Origin: Octopus vulgaris
Lineage: Eukaryota
Assembly (NCBI GenBank): GCA_951406725.2
Contig: OX597829.1
Span: forward strand, 9,982,001-10,046,000
Length of the DNA: 64,000 bases
Reading direction: 5' to 3'
The translations under genes were made by a program, and so were the position numbers. This document shows, piece by piece, positions 42,270 through 55,800 of this stretch; positions within the stretch are counted from its first letter, which is position 1; every line of letters begins with the position of its first letter. The notes beneath the pieces are model-generated. The model was given only the letters and a program-made list of their open reading frames with translations. It did not search any database and was not told the DNA's origin.

Positions 42270-44308
42270 TTATGGTCAAGACTGATTGTGAAAATGCGCG
42301 TGGCTTGGGGTCCCCTTAGAAACAAGGGTACCTCTTAAATGACATAAAGTCACACAAGTTAGAAATCATAACCATAAGTGAGACCAGACTCCACAATCCG
42401 CGGGCCCTAAAGACCATGTTTGGCGGACAGTTCAACATTTATTTTCCACCCTGTCCGCCGAGAATGGGCGGTAGTGGCACCGCGGTACTTTTTCGCAAGT
42501 GTCTGGATCTCAAAGTAAAGACAATATTCGTAGACCCGGAGGGTAGACTGGTCGTCCTGGATGTCGACGGAAGCAATGGGTTCTCTTTTCGACTCGTATC
42601 AGTCTACGCACCTCCTTTAACAGGTCGGGCGGATTTCTTTCAACGTCTAGAAGTATTCCTGGGAACGTCTCATCCTTTACTCTTAGTGGGGAATTGGAAT
42701 GCTATCTTGGACACGCATGTAGACTACGTGGGCAGAGATAGGAATAGACGGGAATGCAAATGCCTCAGAGACCTGTTCAGACGCTTTCAACTGTCTGACA
42801 GGTTCCGACTAGACCACCCGAATGCGCCAACGTGGACATGGAGCAAACGCATCGGGTCGTCGAGATAGTATCTAGATAGGATATTGTGTAGGACAGTAGA
42901 GATAGCGTAGGATGACCACAATTCCACATAGTCAGCTACACGGATCACAAACGTGTGACATGTATTCTAGACTTAGGTAAGACACATAGGCAGGGTCCCG
43001 GATACTGGAAACTAAACGCGTCTTTCCCATCGAGACAGGTTTTCAGAGACCGGATTAGCACACTAGTAAAGAGGGCTTTGACGGGAGCCATCATCAACAA
43101 CAAATGGTGGTTCGCCCTCAAGAGAGCAATAAAAGCAGAAGCGATTAGGTACAGCAAAGCACTACCCATATATAGAAACACAGTAGAGGGTGAGCTAGTT
43201 AAGAATCTAGAAGAGGCAATTAGAAGCGGCATCGCATCCGACTTTTGGGCGGCGAGGTTGGCCCTCGACCAACACTTCAACGCCAAGCACGGAGGGTGTG
43301 TTGTCAGAGCTAGGATGCGTGCTCTAAGGAACGAAAGTGTTGGAGCCGCGCGAGAGGCCCAGGTGGAAGAGGCGCAACAGGGCAACAATACCACTATTCG
43401 GTCTCTGGTAAATGAACATCTATCGAGACCTTTCGACATTGCACGTTCGATCCTTCTATACGTATTGACTCTCGAGCCATTATTGCGGAAGCTGGCAACT
43501 CTGAGGGGCATACCGCGAGAATTGGGATGCGGGTCGAGCGTGTCTGCATACGCAGACGACGTCACCGTCATAGTGTGTAGCCACGAGCACAGCGACCTGG
43601 TCAGCGAGACACTGAAAGACTTCGAAGCGGTGACAGGAGCGAATTCAACCGGGAAAAGTCAGTGGTCTTGCGGCTCGGCACCTGGAGAAGCATGCCCATG
43701 CCGCCCACCAGCACCTCCGTCGTGGGACGCTAGACCGACGGTCCGGTCGAGTTGCTCGGGGTCTGGTTTGGTCCGGATCCAAACGGATAAGAACTGGAAC
43801 GAGATAACGAATAGGGTGGTCACTCTCGCCCGGCAATGGGCCGAGTGGAAACTGTCCCTAAATGGTCGGGCGGAGGTGGCGAACTCGTACATCGCGTCCG
43901 TCATCTACTCTCGCCTGACCGTCGTGCCTTGTCCCGACCCTACCATTACCAAACTAGAACGCATTCTCTTTCGCTTCTTGTGGAAAGGATGCGTTCCAAT
44001 GGTCAGGCCATCCATTTGCTGTCAACACCCGTTAAAAGGAGGACTGGGCATGACGTGGTTGATGATGCGCAGACACGCGCTGAGACTGCGACATTTCAGG
44101 ATCTACGTAAACGACGGTGAACAGGTGTGGCCGCCGTTTGTGAGGCACGCTTTCCCGCAGCTCGTCTCCATGACCGAACTGCAGTCGTGGATCAAAAAGA
44201 GGCCGAGGAAGGGCGAATGGCACCGAGAGTGTCGCGTTGCTCTCAAGCAACTCTGCCGTCCCGGGTCGACCTTGAGTGACTTCAACACAACCAAAGCATT
44301 CTATAGGA
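42270..44308 (+). pseudogene. LINE ORF2 (endonuclease/RT), disrupted
   Basis: ISETRL, SVYAP, GNWNA, TDH, GPGYWKLN, YADDVT and PLKGGLG; RT N-terminal motifs are missing near 43415-43450. Confidence 0.85.
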
Positions 44309-44453
44309 GATTTTTTTCTTTTATTTTTTTTCTCCTTTCCCTTTTACGATCCCTTTTGATCGAAAACCTAGCCCACTTTTTTTTCTCCCCATAAAGAAAA
44401 GCTCTACTGTGTAATCTGTCCTGCCTGTGTGCAACCCTCTGTGTCTAATAAAG

Positions 44454-44526
<73 letters not shown>

Positions 44527-44589
44527 TATCATATATGTATGTAGATATATATGCATGGTTTGCTATATATGTATGTATATATATGTATA

Positions 44590-44683
<94 letters not shown>

Positions 44684-44873
44684 ATAAGATTAGCTCGTAT
44701 ACGAGTGGGTATATATTTGTAAAAAATGAAGTTTGAAAATGCTGCTATATTAGACAAATTTTTAATTTTTATATATATACATTATTTATTTAACATGTTT
44801 CGGTTCTTGAAATGACGAACCTTATCAAAAAAAATGTTATACATAAAAAAGATAGTTCATGCTATCAAATATA

Positions 44874-44997
<124 letters not shown>

Positions 44998-45328
44998 TAG
45001 AAAATATTTTTTTTTTTAATTGTAGGAATTAATAATTATTCCAGGTTATCAGGACACTTACTAATTTGCACTTTACTAATGCAATGTAAACAGTATCATT
45101 TATGATATTATTACAGGTAAGTTATATATATTTTTTCAAATATTTTTAAAATAATCTTATTGTAGTTTATAGTAGGTTTTTTAAATGCTTATATTATTAT
45201 ATTATTATATATAACTTTCTATGTGTATCCCATACAATAAGGCTATCCTGAAATAGGAGTTACCCTTCTATTGGTAAAATCCTAAATTTGTAATGATGAA
45301 AAATATACACACACACACACACACACAT

Positions 45329-45360
<32 letters not shown>

Positions 45361-45842
45361 GCATATATATCTTTCATCTTTTACTTTTTTCAGTCATTAG
45401 ACTGCAGCCATGCTGGGGGAACTGCCATGAAGAGTTTTTCGTCGAATAAATCGAACCAAATACGTATTTTTCTTGTAAATCTGGTGTTTAATGACTTTAG
45501 TTTTTCATTTGTTGAGTCAACATGATGCCTGACATTATTCACCCGAAAAGTAAGGTAAAAAAAATGTAAGAAGAAAGTTAAAGCTCTTGAAAGGTGTGTC
45601 TTAAAAGAACTGATGTACCCTGTATGTCTATATAATGGTAGTATCAGTAGCAATAGACAAAGGTGAGATTATAAGGTTAAGAAGTTTGCTTTCCAGCCAC
45701 ATGGTTTCAAGTTCAATCCCACTGAATTGCACCATGCGCAAGTATCTTCTACTTTAGCCATGGGCTAACCAAAGCCATATGAATGGATTCAGCAGAGAGA
45801 AACATTAAAAAGACCTAACCCAAAATGATTGTGTTTATATAA

Positions 45843-45913
<71 letters not shown>

Positions 45914-46287
45914 TGGGTGTGTGTGTGTCTTTGTGTGTGTGTGTGTGTGTGTGTGTGTACACATGCACACGTACGTTTACTGTTGACTAGTTGGCAGTCG
46001 GAATAAAAGAATACTTGATACCAGAGTAGAGATTAATAAAATCTTACTTTGATTGAGTTGGTCACGAGCTACTCCTAGTTTTTCCTGTGGATGCATAGGA
46101 TGTTCAGGCAAGGAAGATGTGCACCCACAAGCAAAACTCGGAGTATCAAGTAACATGTCTCGACTAACCTATATGTATGTGTGTGCGTGAATGTGTTTGT
46201 TTGTGTGTGTGTGTGTCAGTGTGTGTGTGTGTGTGTGTGTATGTGTGTGTGCGTGCGTGTGTGTGTGTGTGTGTCTGTGTGTGTGTA

Positions 46288-47525
46288 CAGGGTGTAGTGA
46301 ATAAATGGTCATCTAAATTACGCAAAAATGAAAATAACACTGACATCTCATTTTAATAGATATATTTACCAAAAGTACATTAAAATATTTTGAGATACTA
46401 AAGAGTAAATTTATTCAATAAAATCGCCATTGGCTTTAACCACAGCCTCCAGACGACTTTGGAATCTCCTGAAATTCTTCTGGGCGGTCTCATTGTTTAA
46501 GTTGGTGAATGCTGCCATAATCCTTGCCTTCAGTTCATCTTTGGTGGACAAAGAGTTTTGGTGGTCCCTCGTTCAACTGCGCCCAGCACATAATAATCAA
46601 TGGGGTTGCAATCTGGGGAGTTAGATGACCAGATGTCAGGGGTGATGTGGTCGCAGAAATTGTCCAACACTCATGACTGGGTTCTCCTACATATGTGGCA
46701 TGCTGCAGAGTCCTGTTGTCAGACGTAGGATCTTTTAGTAGCTAGCCTCTTGATGCAGGGCAGCACTATCTCCTCTAGGTACTTGATGTAGGCCTCCGTG
46801 TTAAGTCTGAAGCCGTGTGGGAAGATGAATGGAGGCATAACGTTGCCATCACTAGTGATCGCTCCAAACACCATGATGTTCTCTGGGAGTTTGATTTTTA
46901 TCACTCTCGGTACATGTTTTGGAGACACTGAAAGCCCACGTGAGTTCTGTGTTGAAAAACCTAAAGCATGTTCGGTTGGAAAGGATCCTTGAATGTGTTC
47001 AAAACCTTCATAGTGCGGTCTTTCCTCTTGTCCTTGATGGCTTGGGATATAAAATTGGTCCTTTCTCATCTTGTATGAAGAATATCGAATGTCTTCATGC
47101 ACTACCTGCCTGAAACTCAGACACTCCCATGACTCTGTAAATAGACCTGATTGACTTGGAGCGATCGTTGTCAATCATGGCGTGGATCTCACCAGCAAAT
47201 TCAGGAGCTTTTTTTCTTATCAGAACGATCAGATTGAGTTTTCCGAGCTGCAGTAACTTCGTAATTACCATTAGACTCATCCAGCTCTTTCCGAATCCTC
47301 TTCACTCTCCTCGGATTGACACCCCAAAACTCTGAAATGTTCGCATTGGAGCTTCCGGTGCGAATGCCAAGCAGTACAGCATGTCATTTCCAAATTTCTG
47401 GCAGAGTGAATTGCGTCACGGTGTCCAACAAACTGGCCATACTATACTGTATAGTCGACAAAATCAGAACCAAACAATGCGCAAAATTAGAAATATAAAA
47501 TGGCAATAATTTATCCCTCGCACCC

Positions 47526-47527
<2 letters not shown>
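46288..47527 (-). mobile_element. Decayed maT-like Tc1/mariner transposon
   Basis: TIR ends cagggtgtag / cgcaccctg; VVHEDIRYSSYKM, MVFGAITSDG, QQDSA and SNSPDCNPIDYY. Confidence 0.85.
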
Positions 47528-47565
<38 letters not shown>

Positions 47566-47789
47566 ACATAGATACAAACATAAGGATAAATCATTATAAA
47601 AAAGTTTATAGAAAGAGGAGGAGAAAGAAATTAGCAGAAATCTAATAGTGGAGAGATATAGAGCAATAGGTGAATTAGAATATAATTTAAAGGCATGGAA
47701 GTAGACGTATTTAGTGGAATTGAAAGGTAAGAAGACAGTCAAATGTCGAATTTTATAGAATGGTAGAAATCACTAAAGGTGTATGTTTC

Positions 47790-48130
47790 TGGAACTAAAG
47801 GTATGTTTCTGCCAATGTTTGCAACGATAAACAGGCTCTGTATACGTGTTTGCAAGAGGATTATCTGGGAACAGGATGAAGTACATTTCACTGTTACAAA
47901 GGGAACAAAATGATTTACCTTTATCATACTGTAAAAACTATAGAGAGAATATTCCATTCCAAATCAAATTGTTTATTATGATCCTTTAGATCCCAGATTA
48001 ATTTACTAAGCCCAGTATTGTTATGTGTAATGATATGTCTAAACGAATATCTAATCATTACTCTACATTTAGGCATATCAATAAATGTGACAATACCAAT
48101 GTTTTCTTCGAAACATATGTCGGAAGTAAA
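47790..48130 (-). mobile_element. Penelope-like GIY-YIG C-terminal remnant
   Basis: Manual minus-strand translation: NNTGLSKLIWDLKDHNKQFDLEWNIL..YDKGKSFCSLCNSEMYFIL..RCKH. Confidence 0.7.
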
Positions 48131-48661
48131 GAGATTTGAATAACACCTGCGTTTATTTCCATTTATTTATTTATCTATGTCATACAAAACATCTTACCTA
48201 AACATATAAAGTTTCTACCTTTATATGTAGGCTGCTACATCCTTGGTACTTTTGTAAACTTTTGCTATCCTGGTAACTATTTTCTCCGTGTTATTTGTTA
48301 ACATTGAAAATAACACGCATATATATATATATATATATATATATAAAGAGAGAAAGAGAGAGAGGGTGGCAGAAAGAGAGAGACGTAATTGTGCGGATAA
48401 ACAAATTAGATACTTTAACTATATGAAATATATTAAACATATTAAATGTATTAGTTTGTGTATATAATTTGTATATATGTTAGACATATATATTTGTATA
48501 TAAGTTAGACATGACCTGGACCAATCTTTGGTCGAAACATATCTAAGTTTTATCTAAGTTTTATGTATGCACACAAAACGAGAGAAAGCAAAAGGTAGAG
48601 TCTTTGAGATTCTTTCATTCTTTGACTTGTTTCAATCTTGTTTTGCATTAACTTTTATATT

Positions 48662-48742
<81 letters not shown>

Positions 48743-49577
48743 GCAGAAAGATAGATAAACATTTATATTAATAGGTCCAATTTACACAAAGTACAAACTG
48801 CAGAGATATGCAGAGAAGTTCAATGATTCCACCTTTGAACCTCTCTGCATTAAGATTTGAAATGTAAGATCTCTACTCTTATGACGGAGGCTTGTATTAT
48901 CCAATGTTAATTGCATCAATATGGCTGTATATTTTGATGAACTACATCTACCAACATTATAATGGATCTCCAGGTCCCCAGAAACAGCCGTTGGACTTAT
49001 AAAACCCATCTACCATCTCTTTAATTTTCCCTGCCGTTTGTACTCTGTGTAAGTATATATATTAATATAAAGTCTCCACCTTTTGCTTTCTCTCGTTTTG
49101 CGTACATACATCTGTACATATTTTGCATTTCATACTCAAGCTAATATATTTGATATATTTAAGGTATCTAATTTGTTTATGCGCATAATTACATTCTATA
49201 CCTGCTCAACTTGACCCCGCTTATAGTCTGTCTTTACCTTGTGGAATGATCCCTTGTAAACACATCGGAGTCTAAGTTTGAATCCCTTGAACACTACTAA
49301 GCGTAGTCTGTACTGAGAGTCTCTGTGTCTCATCTATGAATTATATATATATATATATAAATATATATATATATTTGGACAAGAACGCAAAACATCCGGA
49401 CAGTTAGGTGTTACAAAAATGGGACATCAAGACATTCAGATAGACGATAAAGAGAAAAAAGAACGGGTTTTTCGAGGTTTTCTTTCCTCCGTCAAGCACC
49501 AGTTTATCCTCGCAATTTCGGCTGACATATATTTATGGAAATTATTGACTGTGTGTGTGCATATATATGCATTTTTA

Positions 49578-49615
<38 letters not shown>

Positions 49616-49646
49616 CAAAATAAGCAGCAAGGATATCCAGAGGTAA

Positions 49647-49738
49647 TGCAGTACGATCGTTTCATGCGACTCCGTTCAATTGAACAATGCAATCATTTCA
49701 TTACATCAATTTAAAATGTAGAGCAATCTTCAGCTGCA
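49647..49738 (-). ncRNA. Type I hammerhead with long stem II
   Basis: Mirror image of 49945-50036. Confidence 0.75.
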
Positions 49739-49944
49739 CAAAGACATAGAATTTAATTAAATTAGAACACATTAGTATAATTTTACCTAAAATAAAAGAG
49801 GATAAGGAGATAAACAAAGAACATGTACCTACATCATAGTCGTAACTGAAATTTCTTTTCAAGAAGACACTGCCAGTCACTGATTTTGTATTTTATGGGG
49901 TCATTTTTAATCTATAGACGAGTATATCACATTCTATGTCTTTG

Positions 49945-50036
49945 TGCAGCTGAAGATTGCTCTACATTTTAAATTGATATAATGAAATGATTGCATTGTC
50001 CAATTAAATGGGGTTGCATGAAACGATCGTACTGCA
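49945..50036 (+). ncRNA. Type I hammerhead with long stem II
   Basis: tgcag ctgaaga [63-nt stem II] gaaa cgatcg ta|ctgca. Confidence 0.8.
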
Positions 50037-50639
50037 TTACCTCTGGATATCCTTGTTGCTTATTTTGATTTTAATCACCTTATTTTGAAATTGTATGGAT
50101 AATACCATACTCAATTCTGGTGCCTCAACTTAAGTACCATATTCATCTGAATGTAAATTTTTACTGAATATATCTTGTATATAAATATATATATACCTAT
50201 ATAGATATATACACACACATATATATATGTGCGTGTGTGTGTGTATGTGTGTGTGTGAGTGTGTGTATGTGAGTGTGTGTGTACAGAGTGCGTCAGTTTT
50301 TTCGAGAGACCTCTTTCAAGAGCTCTTACTTAATATTATAAGTAAATATATCGGTTCCAAATTTTGGTACGGTGTCAACAAATTCAGGGGATGGAGTAAG
50401 TCGATTACGGCGACCCCGGTTTTCAAATGGTACTTAATTTTTCGACTCCGAAAAAATGAAAGTCAACCTCGGTAGCATTTGAACTTAGAACGTAAGGACG
50501 GGGGAGATGCTAGCACGAACTTTCATCGATGTGCTAACGATTCATAATCTAAAGTTTAAGTGGCATTTTTGCTTAGTACTGAAGCGTCCTTAATTCAGCA
50601 GGCCATTAATTTAGGGGCTATTTAAATAATTATCTAGTA

Positions 50640-50945
50640 AACTTTGCCCTCGACTTACGACGGAGTTACGTTCCGACTGACCGTTCGTAAGTCGATCTGG
50701 TTGTATGTCGGATTTATATATTTATTCAATCCTATTTTCATTCAAACGCAACTGATACTTGAAAGCAACTGAGTGAGAGACAGTGGCAGGCAGTGGATGC
50801 CTGGGTCTGAGGGAGGCCTGCGTTCTTGATGCTGCCCAACGTACGAAAATCGATCTTTTAGCCATTTTTTAAAATGTTCTTATTTTTTTGTGGTCATAAA
50901 TGCTGCTGGTCGTTAGTTGCATTGGTCGTAAGTCGAGGAGGTGTA
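50640..50945. mobile_element. Tigger/pogo-like MITE
   Basis: Inverted cctcgacttacgac (50648-50661) / gtcgtaagtcgagg (50925-50938). Confidence 0.65.
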
Positions 50946-51497
50946 TTTACTTTCTTTTTTAAAGATGATTGTATGCGTTTGTACACAAGATCTGTGACAA
51001 CTGATTTTGTGTACGTTCTTTCCGCCTGAGAATGCGGGTCTTCAACGAATGAACATGGTGGTATGCATCAGGTAGTATGCGAGTTTCCGATATATATATA
51101 TACATATATTTTGGGGGTTCAGGTATGATGCATTCTTTGTATTCCCTTCCCACATACCTTGGTTATATAGTTATTTATCTTGTAGTTCTAAGCATACCGA
51201 GTGACCCGGTGAACAGAGATCCATCGTTTGATCGTAGTTTAAGGTCATAACTGACTGTATGCAAATATTAGCCGTGAGAAATGTATTAAATTCTATACTT
51301 GTGCTTCCTTATTTTAATGGGCACTTATGAGCATTTCCTCAAACCTCTACGTCTGACAAGATAGCTTCCAAAACGGCAAGTTAATATATAACGTAAAACA
51401 GGAGAACATGAGGAGGCTTGTGATGTTCTGTGTGGGTAAAAGTAAAGCAACTCATTTATCCAGTGAAATATGTTTTAGGTCATAAGGAAGGATAGAA

Positions 51498-51531
51498 GTC
51501 TAATGTTTCGAGCAGAACCCATCATCAGAGT
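51498..51531 (-). ncRNA. Minimal hammerhead-like motif, degenerate
   Basis: Minus strand ctgatga t ggg-ttctg-ctc gaaa ca tt; stems I and III are weak. Confidence 0.45.
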
Positions 51532-52101
51532 GGAAAACTGTGACTACATAAGGTAACATGTGTGTGTGTGTGTGTGCCTGCTCGCGCGCGTATGTATGTA
51601 TGTATGTATGTATGTATGTATGTATGTATGTATGTATGTATGTATGTATGTATGCATGCATGTATGTATGCATGCATGTATGTATGTATGTAATATGTAT
51701 GTATGTATGAATGCATGTATGCATGTATGTATGTATGTATCTATGAGATGTTGGCATCTCTTGACACACAGGCCGCATACAGCTGTATGCCACATGGAAT
51801 ATGATTATATAAACGAAACTTTTCTACAAAGACTTTGTAACATAGCGTTTATGTCTGATTCAGTTAATTATAACTTCATTCCTTTATCTCTCCTCTTTCT
51901 CTCTCTACCTCTATCCTTCACTTTGTCCTGCTTTTCTTCCTCATCCTCACTACCTCTTCCATTCTCTCTGGTTTTCTATGAAACAAAGTTGAAACGTTGA
52001 AATATATGATGCACGCTGTATTACATATTTTGTTTGTAAAGATATTCACTTCGCAGTATTCTCTGATTTATGATGTGCTTTGTACATCATAAATGCAACA
52101 T

Positions 52102-52746
52102 GCAGGATGTTCGGGCTAAATTTGACAATTTGTTTATGTCTTCCTTTGTTGAGAATAGCTTGGTGTATAGGCCAACAGTTAACGGAGCTGGAGAGAAACA
52201 GATTTAAGTTGAAGCTGGAATCCATCTGAATATTGGAAAAGGGCTACCTCTTCCATGATAATTTGCGCCGGGTACCAAAGTGCTGAAATCAGGACTGTCG
52301 CTCAATGCTCTGTGAACACTTCATTGGATCGTCCTAAGTATCATGAAAACCATTTTCCCCAAGTTGTGATGGTGTTTGGTGTATCTCCAGAGAAAAGGAT
52401 GTCATGCCGTACCATATCTTTGAACGGGGTCTTCAGACGGTTATGTGAAGCTTTTGGAGACGAAGGTCAAGCCCTAACTTGAGGGAGTTGCTGCTGGAAG
52501 GCCATATATGTGGCAGTAAGAGTTGATTACTTTCCACACCGCCGAAATAAGTCAGAAGTGATTGTCGGAGAATTTCCACGAGTTCACCAGCTCCAATCTC
52601 CGGCCTTTTAATTCTTCCGATTGCAATCCCATGGAAGACTATTTTGGTGGCATGGTTGAGAGAGACACCAACCGCTCTGTCTGCAACACCAAGGCCTAGC
52701 TGGTGGTCAAGATTAAGAGGGTGTTCGAAGATCGTCTCAGGGACAC
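52102..52746 (+). mobile_element. Internally deleted maT-like transposon fragment
   Basis: VVMVFGVS and NSSDCNPM motifs like those in the 39059 and 46288 elements; truncated at (TA)n. Confidence 0.6.
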
Positions 52747-53844
<1,098 letters not shown>

Positions 53845-53908
53845 TGTATATATATATGTATATGTATATGTATATGTATATATATATGTATATGTATGAA
53901 TATGTATA

Positions 53909-53948
<40 letters not shown>

Positions 53949-54825
53949 CATACATACATGTAAATTTACATTTATAAATATGAGTGCGCATGAACACGTG
54001 ATGCATGCACGCACAATTTTACCGGCGCGTTTTATGTAGGTTTATTGCACATGTGTGGCTGTGGTCGGTGTTTATTCATGTGTGACGTATCTTCGACTTG
54101 TATGCTGTACGTGTACACCATCAGTATGCATGGATACGATATTAATGTTTGTTCATGCGTCACATGTGATGCGTAGTTTCTTGTATGCATGTATTTAAAT
54201 ATTGTCATTGTGCAAAATGCAAGCGATAACAGAAAATTCAGTTGATAATATATTTCTGATAGTTTAGGAGTTCCTAGTGAGAAGATAAGTTACTGCTTTT
54301 CTTTTTCAAGTATGATCTAAGATGAGGCAGGGCGAAGTTTAGAGAGCAACTACCGCTGCTGGGAACAAAGTGCCTTTTTATCAGAGTGAAAGGCAGAGTG
54401 TTTGATACGATTCACATGACCCAACCAAGAGATATATAAGCAACACAATCTCTCACTCAAACTAGTCAAATCCTTCGGCATATTTATATGTAAACACATT
54501 TCACTCCACACAAGGATTCACATATCTATCCACTTCATTACTACTGTCAACTTTCTAAATTTCTATTGACCTAAAAAACCTCAATATCACAAACTCTGTA
54601 TTCAACCCATTCCTACATCAGCATCACATCATCCTACTCAATGCTATTCGCAGTGATTTCACCATCCTCCACTCCCTATTCTTTAGACTCCGCCATATCT
54701 GCAGTGTGGAGCATTACTTTGTAACCCAGTCTCAACGTACCAGGTGGCTTGGTACCTAGCGAGCTAGATTGGTAAACAGATTGACAAAGAGACACACAGA
54801 CAGATAGACAGACAGATGGATGGGT

Positions 54826-54890
<65 letters not shown>

Positions 54891-54911
54891 ATAGATTGGT
54901 TGGTATATAGG

Positions 54912-54966
<55 letters not shown>

Positions 54967-54983
54967 ATAGATTGGTTGGTAGG

Positions 54984-55043
<60 letters not shown>

Positions 55044-55141
55044 GAGATAGATAGAAAGATAGATAGACTGATAGATAGAAAATAAACAGAAAAAAACAGA
55101 CAGGCAAGATATATATATGTGTGTGTGTGTGTGTATGTATG

Positions 55142-55175
<34 letters not shown>

Positions 55176-55737
55176 TGTATGTATGTATTGAGAGATAGAT
55201 GTGGGTTGAGAGATAGATGTGGGTTGAGAGTGAAGCTAACATGCCTGGACTCGTTAATTTACAAACGGACGAAGAAATAAATAAATACATTTTCAATGTG
55301 ATTCACTGGAGAATTGATTTACAGCTGTAATGATCAGAAAAAAAAGGACAAGTCTTCTGTCGTTTGCTCCTTATTTGAGATGCTATAAATTATGTTGACC
55401 GCGCATTATACGTATTCTGATACACAGTGTGTTTCTACGTATCAGTGTGTAGCGTGATGCATATGTGTATGCGTGTGTGTAAGTATGTGCGTGTCTGTGC
55501 TTGTACGTGTGTATGAGTGTGTGTAATATCAGAGTCATAGACAGCCAGTTTGACACTTACATGTACGTATATATGTATTCATATTCATGCCTAAATATAT
55601 GCAAATATGTACATATGTATATATATATATATATTAGTAAAAACGGTAAGATAACAAAAGAAAGAAAGAGACCTCAATATTATGTAAATAGAGGAAATTT
55701 ATCTGTAAAATAATATGTGACAATTATTCAATAGTCA

Positions 55738-55800
55738 AGATAAAACTCTGAGTTTCGGATGCCGAAGTGGATATCCACAACACCATCTCTTCGGTTATCT
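55738..55800 (-). ncRNA. Type I hammerhead, U4C core variant
   Basis: Minus strand agataa ccgaaga gatg..gtgga-ta-tccac..catc c gaaa ctcagag tt|ttatct. Confidence 0.6.

Larger units (their letters stand above)
41030..44457 (+). mobile_element. Tx1/L1-type LINE with internal deletions
   Basis: ORF1 zinc knuckle, APE endonuclease, RT with YADD, and 3' end AATAAAGAAAC followed by (CA)n. Confidence 0.9.
49610..50180. mobile_element. Fold-back element with two divergent hammerheads, within TA-rich tracts
   Basis: Arms 49610-49752/49931-50073. Confidence 0.85.

Noticed and set aside
50959-51153. Possible GIY-YIG remnant (EYKEC..YISET)
   Set aside because: Too degenerate, and partly made of TA repeat.
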